64,000 nucleotides of DNA from Pseudomonadota bacterium (GTDB lineage: Bacteria; Pseudomonadota; Alphaproteobacteria; Rhizobiales; Xanthobacteraceae), in NCBI GenBank assembly GCA_023449855.1, contig JAEXHR010000085.1, positions 1,803-65,802 of the forward strand, read 5' to 3'. Both the position numbers and the translations under genes were made by a program. The notes under the pieces are model-generated. The model had not been told where the DNA came from and did not search any database. It worked only from the letters and a program-made list of their open reading frames with translations. Positions 56,627-64,000 of this stretch are shown in pieces; position 1 is the stretch's first letter; each line of letters opens with the position of its first letter.

Positions 56627-59600
56627 TCAAACGATCAGCACGTCATGCGCAGTCAGAGGCCCGGTCACGCCCTTCAGCGTGATCGACGCGTCGTGGCCGA
56701 GATCGATGACCGTGTCCTGGCCGACGACATGAACGGCCAGTTGCGACAGGTCCTTGGCAATTGAGGATGCGATCTGGATGACATCGCGATCGGCCCCCTG
56801 CCCGTGATGGAAGTTGGTGATCACGTCATGGCCGCTGGCCTGCTTGAATACGAATGTGTCACCACCGGCGCCGGTCATGACATCATTTCCACCGGTTGAG
56901 GTCAGCGTAACGCCGGTCTTGTAGGCCGTCATTGCGTGCGATCCGTCCTTGTTGTCCAACACGGTGGCGAGGCGCTGGCCGACGGCGTCGAGCATGTCGT
57001 GTCTGGCGATGTAGGCCTGACCGGCGATGCCGAATGTATCGATGCTCTTGCTGCCGTCTGCACCTCGCACGGTGACGCTGGTGATCGTACCGTCGACCGC
57101 AAAGCTCGATTGCACATAGGAGCCGTCGGTATGCGTCACCGTCTGTGTCTTGAGCAGGCCGGCATCGTCATATTGCGCGAGTGTCTTGACGCCGGCGCTA
57201 TCGACGGCCTGCGTCAACCCCAGTGACCCATCCTTGTGAAACTGCTCGATCAGCACGCTCTTGCCGGCGGCATCACGCACCACATGCTCGGTCGCATAGG
57301 GCTTGCCTGCGATATCATAGGTCGTGGTGTCGCGCATTCCATCCGCGCCTCGAATGGTCTGGCTGGAAATGCCGCCATCTGCCTTGTAGGCAGTCTGGAT
57401 GAACGATCCATCGGTCCTGGTCACCGTCTGCTGCGACAACTGACCTGCTGCATCATACTGGTTGAATGTCTTGGTTCCGGCAGCGTCCACCGTCTGCTTG
57501 ATGGCCAGCGTGCCATCGCTATGGAACCCTTCGATCAACACGCTCTTGCCGGACGTATCCTGCATCGTGTGGCGCGCCGTATAGTCCTGGCCGGAAACAC
57601 CGTATTCCCGGATATCGCGGGTACCATCCGCATGACGAAGCGTGACACCCGTCTGGAACCCTGCGGCATTGAAGACGAATTGCTGGAATGAACCATCGAC
57701 AAAACTGTTCAACAGGCCCGTCAGATGGCCATCGCCATCGTAATCGCTGCGCGAGACAGATCCGTCGCCATTCACGACCTGACGGAAGGCGAGATCGCCA
57801 TCGTTATAGAAACGCTCGACGAGCGTCGTCCTGCCTCCAGCCCCGATCACGCTGTGCTCGGACGCATAGCTTTTTCCGACAATGTCGCGGGTATAGACAT
57901 CGCGCGAGCCATCCGCATTACGGATGGTTTCGCTGGTGACTGCTCCGCCATTGGCAGCCAGCGCCTGATATTCGGCGCCCTTGGCAAGGGCCGACTGGCT
58001 GGCCGTGAAATCGGCGGTCGCGATGGTCGCGTCGGCGAACTTGAAATATTCGACATTGGTGATGCGATCGGTGCCATCGCGGGCCGCGACACCATCGGTG
58101 ACCACAAGCTGACCGTTGACGAAGGAGATCGTATAGTCAGCAGCTTTCCCGGAGAACACCGCCGTATCGATGCCATCGCCGCCATCGATCACGTCGTTGC
58201 CGATGCCGCCGGTGATGGTGTCGTTGCCGGCCCCGCCATAGATGACGTCGTTGTCGCTGTTGGCACCGAAGAACCAGTCCTGGTGCGCGGTCGCATCCAC
58301 ATGGATACTGCGGACATAGAGATCGAACGATCCAGGCGAGCTGGCGTTGATTGCTTCGCTCGGCGAGACCGATACGCCGTTGACGACGATGTCCTTGAAG
58401 TGCAAGGCGCGGCCCGGTGCGGAATTCACCAGCTCGATGCCGAAACTGGTGAGCTGATCGGGATTGGCAAAGGTCAGCGTATAGGTCGTGTAGCCGGCCG
58501 GATCGGTCGCCGGCTTGAATTCGAGCAACGCTGAAACCGGTTGACCGTTGACCAGCACCTGCGCTTGCGCGTTGACGCCGCCGGCGGCGGTGCCATAGCC
58601 GGTCAGCGTGACGGTGGTGGTTGCCAGCTTACTTTGCGTGGACGGGCCGCCGACGATCACATCGTCGCCGTCGCCGCCGCGGATGATGTCATTTCCGAGT
58701 CCGGCATCAATGGAGTGATTGCCGCGGCCGAGATCGATCACATCATCGATGGCGGAACCGGTGACGATGAGATCGAGCGAAGCGCCATTGCCGTGGAAGT
58801 ATTGCGAGACGATCGCTTCGGCCGGCTTGCCCATGGGCGAATAGCCCGTCTCGTTATATTTTCCGCTCAAATCCCATTGCCACAGCTCGACACCCTTCAT
58901 CCAGCTGCCTCCATGAGCACTCCAGACCTGGAAGAAAGCGTTATAGGCGTCGGCCTGTTCCGCCACATCGGCCGGCGCATTCGCAGTCCAGGAACCGGGC
59001 CGCATCGCCGTGCCGTCCATGCTGCGAAAGCCGGCTTCGGTCATCAGCACCTGCTTGCCATAGGTCACCGACAGCGAATGCAGGAAATCCACCGGCGACT
59101 TGTCGTCGAACGCCGCCGCGTAATACGGATTGTAGGGCACCTCGGTCCAGGCATGGATCATCTCCTGCACGGTCGGCGTCGTGCTCGAGGTCAGTGGCGG
59201 ATAGGTGTTGACGCCGATGATATCGAGTTGATCCCAGAAGCTGACATGCAATGCCTCGTCGGTGGCTGCCGAATAGGTCAGCTCTCCGCTATATACCTGA
59301 CGCACCGAGGAGATGATGTCGCTCCAATAGGCGCGATAGGCGCTTCCGGTCAGGCTGCTCATCTCATTGCCGATGACAAACGTGTCGACGCCGCCCTGCT
59401 GCGCGATCTCGGCGAGACGCACGATCTCCACCTTGTAGGACGCGAAGAAAGCGCTGATGTCAGTCGGAGACAGGTTCATGGAGCCGGTGCCATCGAGCGG
59501 CGATATCGCCGCCTTGAACACGACAGACAAGCCGGCAGCATCCGCGGCCTTGAAACCGGCAAGCAGGCTCGCATCGCTCTCGGTCTTGCCGGGATGCGCG

Positions 59601-59770
59601 AATACGTCGCTGATGGTCTTGTTCGTGGTCCAGATGCGCGCGGTGAGGCTCACCGAATTGGAACCGAGTGCTGCGATCTGTTGAAATGATTGCGCCGCCG
59701 AAGCGCTCGCGAGTTGCCCGTTCCACTCCGACAATGCGCCGAAGCCTTGCACTTCAAAGAGAGTTGCCAC
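56627..59770 (-). CDS. Secreted GH113-like glycoside hydrolase with RTX Ca-binding repeats, a CBM-like insert and ~95-aa tandem repeats
   Basis: GTG after GGAG; no Sec signal; IGNE, YSGELTYSA, FWDQLDIIGVNTYPPL, MTEAGFRS, GKPAE; GGxGxD nonapeptides; C-terminal DTFVF...GHDVITNF...ITLKGV (T1SS-type). Confidence 0.85.
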   Translation of the reverse strand: MATLFEVQGFGALSEWNGQLASASAAQSFQQIAALGSNSVSLTARIWTTNKTISDVFAHPGKTESDASLLAGFKAADAAGLSVVFKAAISPLDGTGSMNLSPTDISAFFASYKVEIVRLAEIAQQGGVDTFVIGNEMSSLTGSAYRAYWSDIISSVRQVYSGELTYSAATDEALHVSFWDQLDIIGVNTYPPLTSSTTPTVQEMIHAWTEVPYNPYYAAAFDDKSPVDFLHSLSVTYGKQVLMTEAGFRSMDGTAMRPGSWTANAPADVAEQADAYNAFFQVWSAHGGSWMKGVELWQWDLSGKYNETGYSPMGKPAEAIVSQYFHGNGASLDLIVTGSAIDDVIDLGRGNHSIDAGLGNDIIRGGDGDDVIVGGPSTQSKLATTTVTLTGYGTAAGGVNAQAQVLVNGQPVSALLEFKPATDPAGYTTYTLTFANPDQLTSFGIELVNSAPGRALHFKDIVVNGVSVSPSEAINASSPGSFDLYVRSIHVDATAHQDWFFGANSDNDVIYGGAGNDTITGGIGNDVIDGGDGIDTAVFSGKAADYTISFVNGQLVVTDGVAARDGTDRITNVEYFKFADATIATADFTASQSALAKGAEYQALAANGGAVTSETIRNADGSRDVYTRDIVGKSYASEHSVIGAGGRTTLVERFYNDGDLAFRQVVNGDGSVSRSDYDGDGHLTGLLNSFVDGSFQQFVFNAAGFQTGVTLRHADGTRDIREYGVSGQDYTARHTMQDTSGKSVLIEGFHSDGTLAIKQTVDAAGTKTFNQYDAAGQLSQQTVTRTDGSFIQTAYKADGGISSQTIRGADGMRDTTTYDIAGKPYATEHVVRDAAGKSVLIEQFHKDGSLGLTQAVDSAGVKTLAQYDDAGLLKTQTVTHTDGSYVQSSFAVDGTITSVTVRGADGSKSIDTFGIAGQAYIARHDMLDAVGQRLATVLDNKDGSHAMTAYKTGVTLTSTGGNDVMTGAGGDTFVFKQASGHDVITNFHHGQGADRDVIQIASSIAKDLSQLAVHVVGQDTVIDLGHDASITLKGVTGPLTAHDVLIV

Positions 59771-59972
59771 TGAATGATCTCCGCTGTTGACGGACGCTTA
59801 GCGCAATCCATTAACAGCGGCCTTAAGAGGCCGGGCCAAACTTTTGCGAAAGCAAAAATTCAAATGACGATCATCGACCGCTCTTGCTCGGCCTCGCTAA
59901 CCGAGCATTGCATGGTTCCCGCCGTGGAACAGCGCTTTTGCCGTGCGATCTCCGTCGCGACGCGTCCAGCTA

Positions 59973-60905
59973 TCAGAAGCCGACGGCGCTTTTTCCCTTT
60001 GTCTGAAGCATCTGTCGGGCTTCATCAGGCGTTGCGATGTCCAGCGAGAGGCCTTCGAGAATCCCGCGGATCTTCGTGACCTGCGCGCCATTCGAGGTCG
60101 CGAGTTCCCCACGACCGAGATAGAGATTGTCCTCAAGACCAACGCGCACATTGCCGCCGAGTATCGCCGACATTGTGACCAGCGGGAACTGATGACGCCC
60201 CGCGCCGAGCACCGACAGATAATAGTCGGAGCCGAACAGCCGGTCGGCGGTCGTCTTCATATGCATGAGATTTTCGGGATCGGTTCCGATACCACCGAGA
60301 ATGCCGAAGATGCATTGGACGAAGAATGGCGGCTTCACCAATCCACGACCGACGAAATGCGCGAGATTGTAGAGATGACCGACGTCATAGCATTCGAATT
60401 CGAACCGCGTGCCGTGATCGCCGAGCTCCCGCATGCCGCGCTCGATCTGCGCGAAGGTGTTCGACAGGATAAAGTCGGTCGTGCCTTCGAGATATGGGCG
60501 CTCCCAATCGTGCTGGAACTCCTTGAAGCGGCTCGCGGCACCGGAAATGTTGAAGTTGAACGATCCCATATTCATGGAGGCGATCTCGGGCCTGGCCCAG
60601 TTCGCCGCGGCGAGACGCTCGTCCATGGTCATGCCGAGACCGGCGCCGGTGGTGATGTTGATGATGCCGTCGCAGCGATCGCGGATCTCCGGCAGGAATT
60701 TTGCGTAGATGTCCTTGTCCTGCGTCGGCCGGCCCGTCTCCGGCACGCGGGCATGCAGATGCACGATCGCGGCACCCGCCTCCACCGCGCCGACCGCCTG
60801 ATCGGCGATCTGCTGGGGCGTCACCGGCAGATGCGGCGACATCGATGGCGTGTGGATCGAGCCGGTGACGGCGCAGCTGATGATGACCTTGTTGCTTCGG
60901 CGCAT
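59973..60905 (-). CDS. beta-keto acid cleavage enzyme (BKACE/DUF849/Kce family)
   Basis: IISCAVTG, AGAAIVHLHAR, NITTG, ASMNMGSFNF, EFECYDVGHL, GGNVRVGLEDN, IATPDEAR. Confidence 0.92.
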   Translation of the reverse strand: MRRSNKVIISCAVTGSIHTPSMSPHLPVTPQQIADQAVGAVEAGAAIVHLHARVPETGRPTQDKDIYAKFLPEIRDRCDGIINITTGAGLGMTMDERLAAANWARPEIASMNMGSFNFNISGAASRFKEFQHDWERPYLEGTTDFILSNTFAQIERGMRELGDHGTRFEFECYDVGHLYNLAHFVGRGLVKPPFFVQCIFGILGGIGTDPENLMHMKTTADRLFGSDYYLSVLGAGRHQFPLVTMSAILGGNVRVGLEDNLYLGRGELATSNGAQVTKIRGILEGLSLDIATPDEARQMLQTKGKSAVGF

Positions 60906-60914
60906 GGCGTGTCC

Positions 60915-61853
60915 TCAACCGTTCTTCTGCTTGATGAGCGCAATCAGCGCGGCATCGCGCTGCTTGACGAGATCGGTACGTGAGCGGCCCGCGGCTTCGT
61001 GGGCAACGCCTTCGATCAGCTGCGCATTGACCTCAGGCCCGAGCTGCGGCGTGCCGAGATCGCGCCACCAGTCTTCCATCGCCGGTCCGATGTGATCGAG
61101 AAAGTGCTTCATGCCGCCTTCGCCGCCGGCGAGACTGAAGATCATATGCGGCCCCATGATCGCCCAGCGCAGCCCCGGCCCTTGCGCGATGGCCGTATCG
61201 ACATCCTCGACGCTGGCTATCCCGCTCGCCACCGCATGCACGGCCTCGCGCCACAGCGCGGCCTGAAGACGATTGGCCAGATGGCCGGGCACTTCCTTGT
61301 TGAGCCGGATCGGCGCCTTGCCGGCGCGGCGATAGAAGGCGTCGAGCCAGACCAGCACATCGGGCGACGTCGTCTTGCCGCCGACGATCTCGACCAGCGG
61401 AACGAGATGCGGCGGATTGAAGGGATGACCGACGGCAAAGCGCTCGGGTGTCTTCAAGCCCTCCTGCAATTCGCTCATCACCAGACCTGACGTGCTCGAC
61501 GCCACGATGACATCGGGCTTCAGGCTCGCTTCGAGCTCAGCATAAAGCTTTCTTTTGACATCGGCACGTTCGGGGCCGCTTTCCTGCACGAATTCGACCT
61601 CACGGACGGCGTCCGCGAGATCGGATGAAGAGCGCCAAGGCTTCGGTGTGCTCTCCTTGGCGACACCGAGCGCGACCAGCCCTTGCCAGGCATTGCCGAT
61701 CAGATCGCGCGTGGCAGCCTCGGCGGATGGCTGCGGGTCGTAGATGGTAACGTCATAGCCATGGGCCAGAAACAGCGCGGCCCAGCTGGCGCCAATGGTG
61801 CCCGATCCCACCACAGCAATGCGACGAACGGCCTCCGGTGCAATCAACAGCAT
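60915..61853 (-). CDS. 3-hydroxyacyl-CoA dehydrogenase-family NAD oxidoreductase (carnitine/gulonate dehydrogenase-like)
   Basis: GSGTIGASWA, VQESGPER, ASSTSG, GHPFNPPHLVPLVE, GHLANRLQAALWREA, GPGLRWA.MGP. Confidence 0.9.
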   Translation of the reverse strand: MLLIAPEAVRRIAVVGSGTIGASWAALFLAHGYDVTIYDPQPSAEAATRDLIGNAWQGLVALGVAKESTPKPWRSSSDLADAVREVEFVQESGPERADVKRKLYAELEASLKPDVIVASSTSGLVMSELQEGLKTPERFAVGHPFNPPHLVPLVEIVGGKTTSPDVLVWLDAFYRRAGKAPIRLNKEVPGHLANRLQAALWREAVHAVASGIASVEDVDTAIAQGPGLRWAIMGPHMIFSLAGGEGGMKHFLDHIGPAMEDWWRDLGTPQLGPEVNAQLIEGVAHEAAGRSRTDLVKQRDAALIALIKQKNG

Positions 61854-61968
61854 ATGTGTTTTACTCTGCGTGAGCGTTTCCCTGCTCCGCAGTTTGGCAA
61901 CTCATTTCGCGGCGGGCAATCGCATTCCGCGCGGCCACGCCATACCCGCAGGCACAGCTGGAGCCGGA

Positions 61969-62220
61969 CTAGGCGCCGGCGCAGGCCGCGTGCGGTTTGG
62001 TTACGCGTTCCGTCGATACCGGGAAGCGTGCGAGCTTCCCGGCCGGGCGCGTCGGCCGCAGCACGAGATCGCCGCCGCAATTCGGGCAGAGGCCGCCGAG
62101 CCGTGCGTCGGCGCAATCGGCGCAGAACGTGCACTCAAAGGTGCAGATGCGTGCCCGCGGATCGCCATTGGGAAGGTCGCGGTCGCAGCATTCGCAATTC
62201 GGTCTGATCGCAAGCACCAT
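61969..62220 (-). CDS. DUF1272 family zinc-ribbon protein
   Basis: GGAGG RBS; RPNCECCDRDLP, ICTFECTFCADC, CPNCGGDLVLRP.RP. Confidence 0.88.
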   Translation of the reverse strand: MVLAIRPNCECCDRDLPNGDPRARICTFECTFCADCADARLGGLCPNCGGDLVLRPTRPAGKLARFPVSTERVTKPHAACAGA

Positions 62221-62251
62221 GGCTTCCTCCCGTTGTGGCAGACGAAACGTG

Positions 62252-62656
62252 TTACGAGACCTTGCCCATCTCCTTGAGCACTTCATTCGCGGCCTTGAAT
62301 GCATCGAGGCCGGCGGGAATGCCGCAATAGACGGTGGCGTGCAGCAGCACTTCCCTGATCTCCTCGACACTCACGCCATTGTTGATGGCACCGCGCGTAT
62401 GCAGCTTGATTTCCGGCGCCCGGTTCAGCGCGGTGAGCATCGCCAGATTGAGCATGCTGCGGGTTTTCTTGTCGAGGCCCGGGCGATTCCAGGCATAGCC
62501 CCAGCACCATTCGGTCGTGATGTGCTGGAAGGCCATCATGAAGTCGTTGGTGGACTGGATCGACTTGTCGACATAGGCCGCCCCGAGCACCTCGCGCCGC
62601 GTCGCTAGACCCTCATCGAACAGGCCGCCGAGAGTGATGGTCTGGTTGTAGCTCAT
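62252..62656 (-). CDS. Carboxymuconolactone decarboxylase (CMD/PcaC-like) family protein
   Basis: GLATRREVLG..YVD, WGYAWNRPGLD.KTRS, ALNR..EIKLHTRGAINNG, YCGIPAG. Confidence 0.9.
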   Translation of the reverse strand: MSYNQTITLGGLFDEGLATRREVLGAAYVDKSIQSTNDFMMAFQHITTEWCWGYAWNRPGLDKKTRSMLNLAMLTALNRAPEIKLHTRGAINNGVSVEEIREVLLHATVYCGIPAGLDAFKAANEVLKEMGKVS

Positions 62657-62685
62657 GTCGTTTGCCTCCTGATCGATGTTGCTAT

Positions 62686-62695
62686 TGGTCTACCA
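62686..62695. promoter_or_regulatory. Possible GntR/FadR-family operator upstream of the CMD operon
   Basis: TGGTCTACCA palindrome ~30 bp upstream of the start codon. Confidence 0.35.
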
Positions 62696-62803
62696 CCACG
62701 CGCCGCCGCAGGCATGCGCGGGAGAAGCAGCTCAGAGATGTGGTTAAACGGAAACAAGACCACTTGCAGCCGTCGCCATTCCCGGCTATCCCCTCGCTTC
62801 TAC

Positions 62804-62878
62804 GCTCCCTTCGTCTAGCGGTTAGGACGCGGCCCTCTCAAGGCTGAAACAGGGGTTCGATTCCCCTAGGGAGCGCCA
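62804..62878 (+). tRNA. tRNA-Glu (anticodon CTC)
   Basis: Acceptor stem GCTCCCT/AGGGAGC, anticodon arm CGGCC-CTCTCAA-GGCTG, T arm AGGGG-TTCGATT-CCCCT, encoded CCA; TTGCAG...GCTATC promoter-like boxes upstream. Confidence 0.97.
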
Positions 62879-62976
62879 GCATCATCTAAGCCATTGAAAA
62901 GCTGAAAACTCTGAGCAATCATACGCTTAGAGAGGCCGCCTTGCTACACAACCGTAGCCCACAAAGGTGGTCCACA

Positions 62977-63510
62977 ATGGCGGCTTTGAGTTACATGCAA
63001 CGGCGTGCGTCCGGCACCTACGAGTTTCGAAAACGACTGCCTGAAGCGCTCGCCGGGAAGCCCGTCCCTGCTCACATGCGCGGAGTCTTTTCCGATCTGA
63101 TCAACCCGAAGACGGATTGCTTCAAGCGGGAATTGGTCCGCTCGCTCGCCACCAAGGACCTGAAGGACGCCAAGCGGCGGGACCATCAGGAGGCCTTGAA
63201 GGCTACCCAGTTATTTGACGACGCAATCCGTGCCCTCACGCCTTCCCCTGTCGCGGCGGAGCCCGTAGCGCTGGACTTCAAGCTGTTGGGTGACGAAGTT
63301 TTTGCAGAGCTGCTCGCGGATGACGAAGCCGAGCGCATCGAGGGCGATGACCGGAGGCACCTGCAAACGCCCGAGGATCGCACACAATGGCCCGACCTCG
63401 TGGCCGTACCGCCGAGCACTCAGATGGGCATGTCCCCTGATCATGGCCACGCTTATGGCGAGCTGCTGCCGGTGTTCGAGAATGAGTTTCGCGCAGCCTA
63501 CGTACGACGA
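62977..63510 (+). pseudogene. DUF6538-like N-terminus of an integrase-type gene, apparently truncated
   Basis: SYMQRRASGTYEFRKRLP...ELVRSLATKD..DAKRR just downstream of the tRNA. The ORF runs to 63840, but after ~63510 the sequence looks non-coding, with no recognisable tyrosine-recombinase catalytic motifs. Confidence 0.65.
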
Positions 63511-64000
63511 GTCATTTCGGCCCTGGCCAACGAAACGAGCCACAGCGAGTCCTGCTTTCCAGTGGCCTCAATGACCATCCCGGCAACCAGAACGACACAG
63601 GCCAGTCGAAAAAGTCCCAATCGAAAAACACCCGACCGAACAAACCGGAAGGTACGACCCGGGAAATCTAACCTCAGCCACACCTGCGGATCACAACTAC
63701 CGGAACAGGCCGGAGCAGACCGACGCCCCGCCCCGCGCGCGAATTTGCCAACGAGATCCAAATTCAGAACGCCCGAAGCCCCCTATAAGCGAAGGCGGCA
63801 ATGTCGGTCGGTATATCGAGCAAATATAATGGCTGCATGACAACCAGTCCGAGCTTGATCCATCCAGCATTCGGGGAGATTGAGCGACTGTTCGCGAGGA
63901 CTACCGACGGCCAATCCCTGCCGCTTCCCGCACAGACGCTCTAAGAGCTTCGTCCCTGGAATGCCGCGGCGTCGCACTCACTGCGCGCGCAAGGCCAACC

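Noticed and set aside
59811..59826. TTAA-N8-TTAA upstream of the GH113 gene as a CtrA box
   Set aside because: Spacer is 8 nt, not the 7 nt of the CtrA consensus.

Overview
High-GC alphaproteobacterial chromosome window; gene content and repeat families are typical of Bradyrhizobiaceae/Nitrobacteraceae (inference). 1-19 kb: nutrient uptake and catabolism, with a Liv-type ABC operon, a DSD1/D-threonine-aldolase-like PLP enzyme, a Dpp/Opp-type ABC operon, an FAD oxidoreductase, a VOC protein, a sigma54-preceded kinase + class III PLP enzyme + M20 hydrolase operon and MscS, interspersed with REP-like palindromes. 20.8-41.5 kb: a Wzx/Wzy-type exopolysaccharide locus (ugd, FkbM methylase, priming PGT, PPP phosphatase, short OPX + beta-barrel, Wzc, VpsF-like polymerase, three GT4, GT26, two acyltransferases, flippase, Tat-exported GH10). 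41.5-56.6 kb: a 15-kb transposase-less insertion bounded by 26-bp inverted repeats and a 9-bp target duplication that is the loop of a hairpin. It carries a PUMA3/VreAIR-like module (STN-TonB_C protein, ECF sigma, FecR) and a ~3,740-aa filamentous haemagglutinin; two Pho-box-like sites and two copies of a candidate ECF promoter (TTCGGTC-N15-AGTCT) can be read from the DNA. 56.6-64 kb: a T1SS-type GH113 repeat protein, a CMD/DUF1272/dehydrogenase/BKACE operon, tRNA-Glu(CTC) and the truncated start of an integrase-like gene. All protein family calls come from motif recognition, not database searches.
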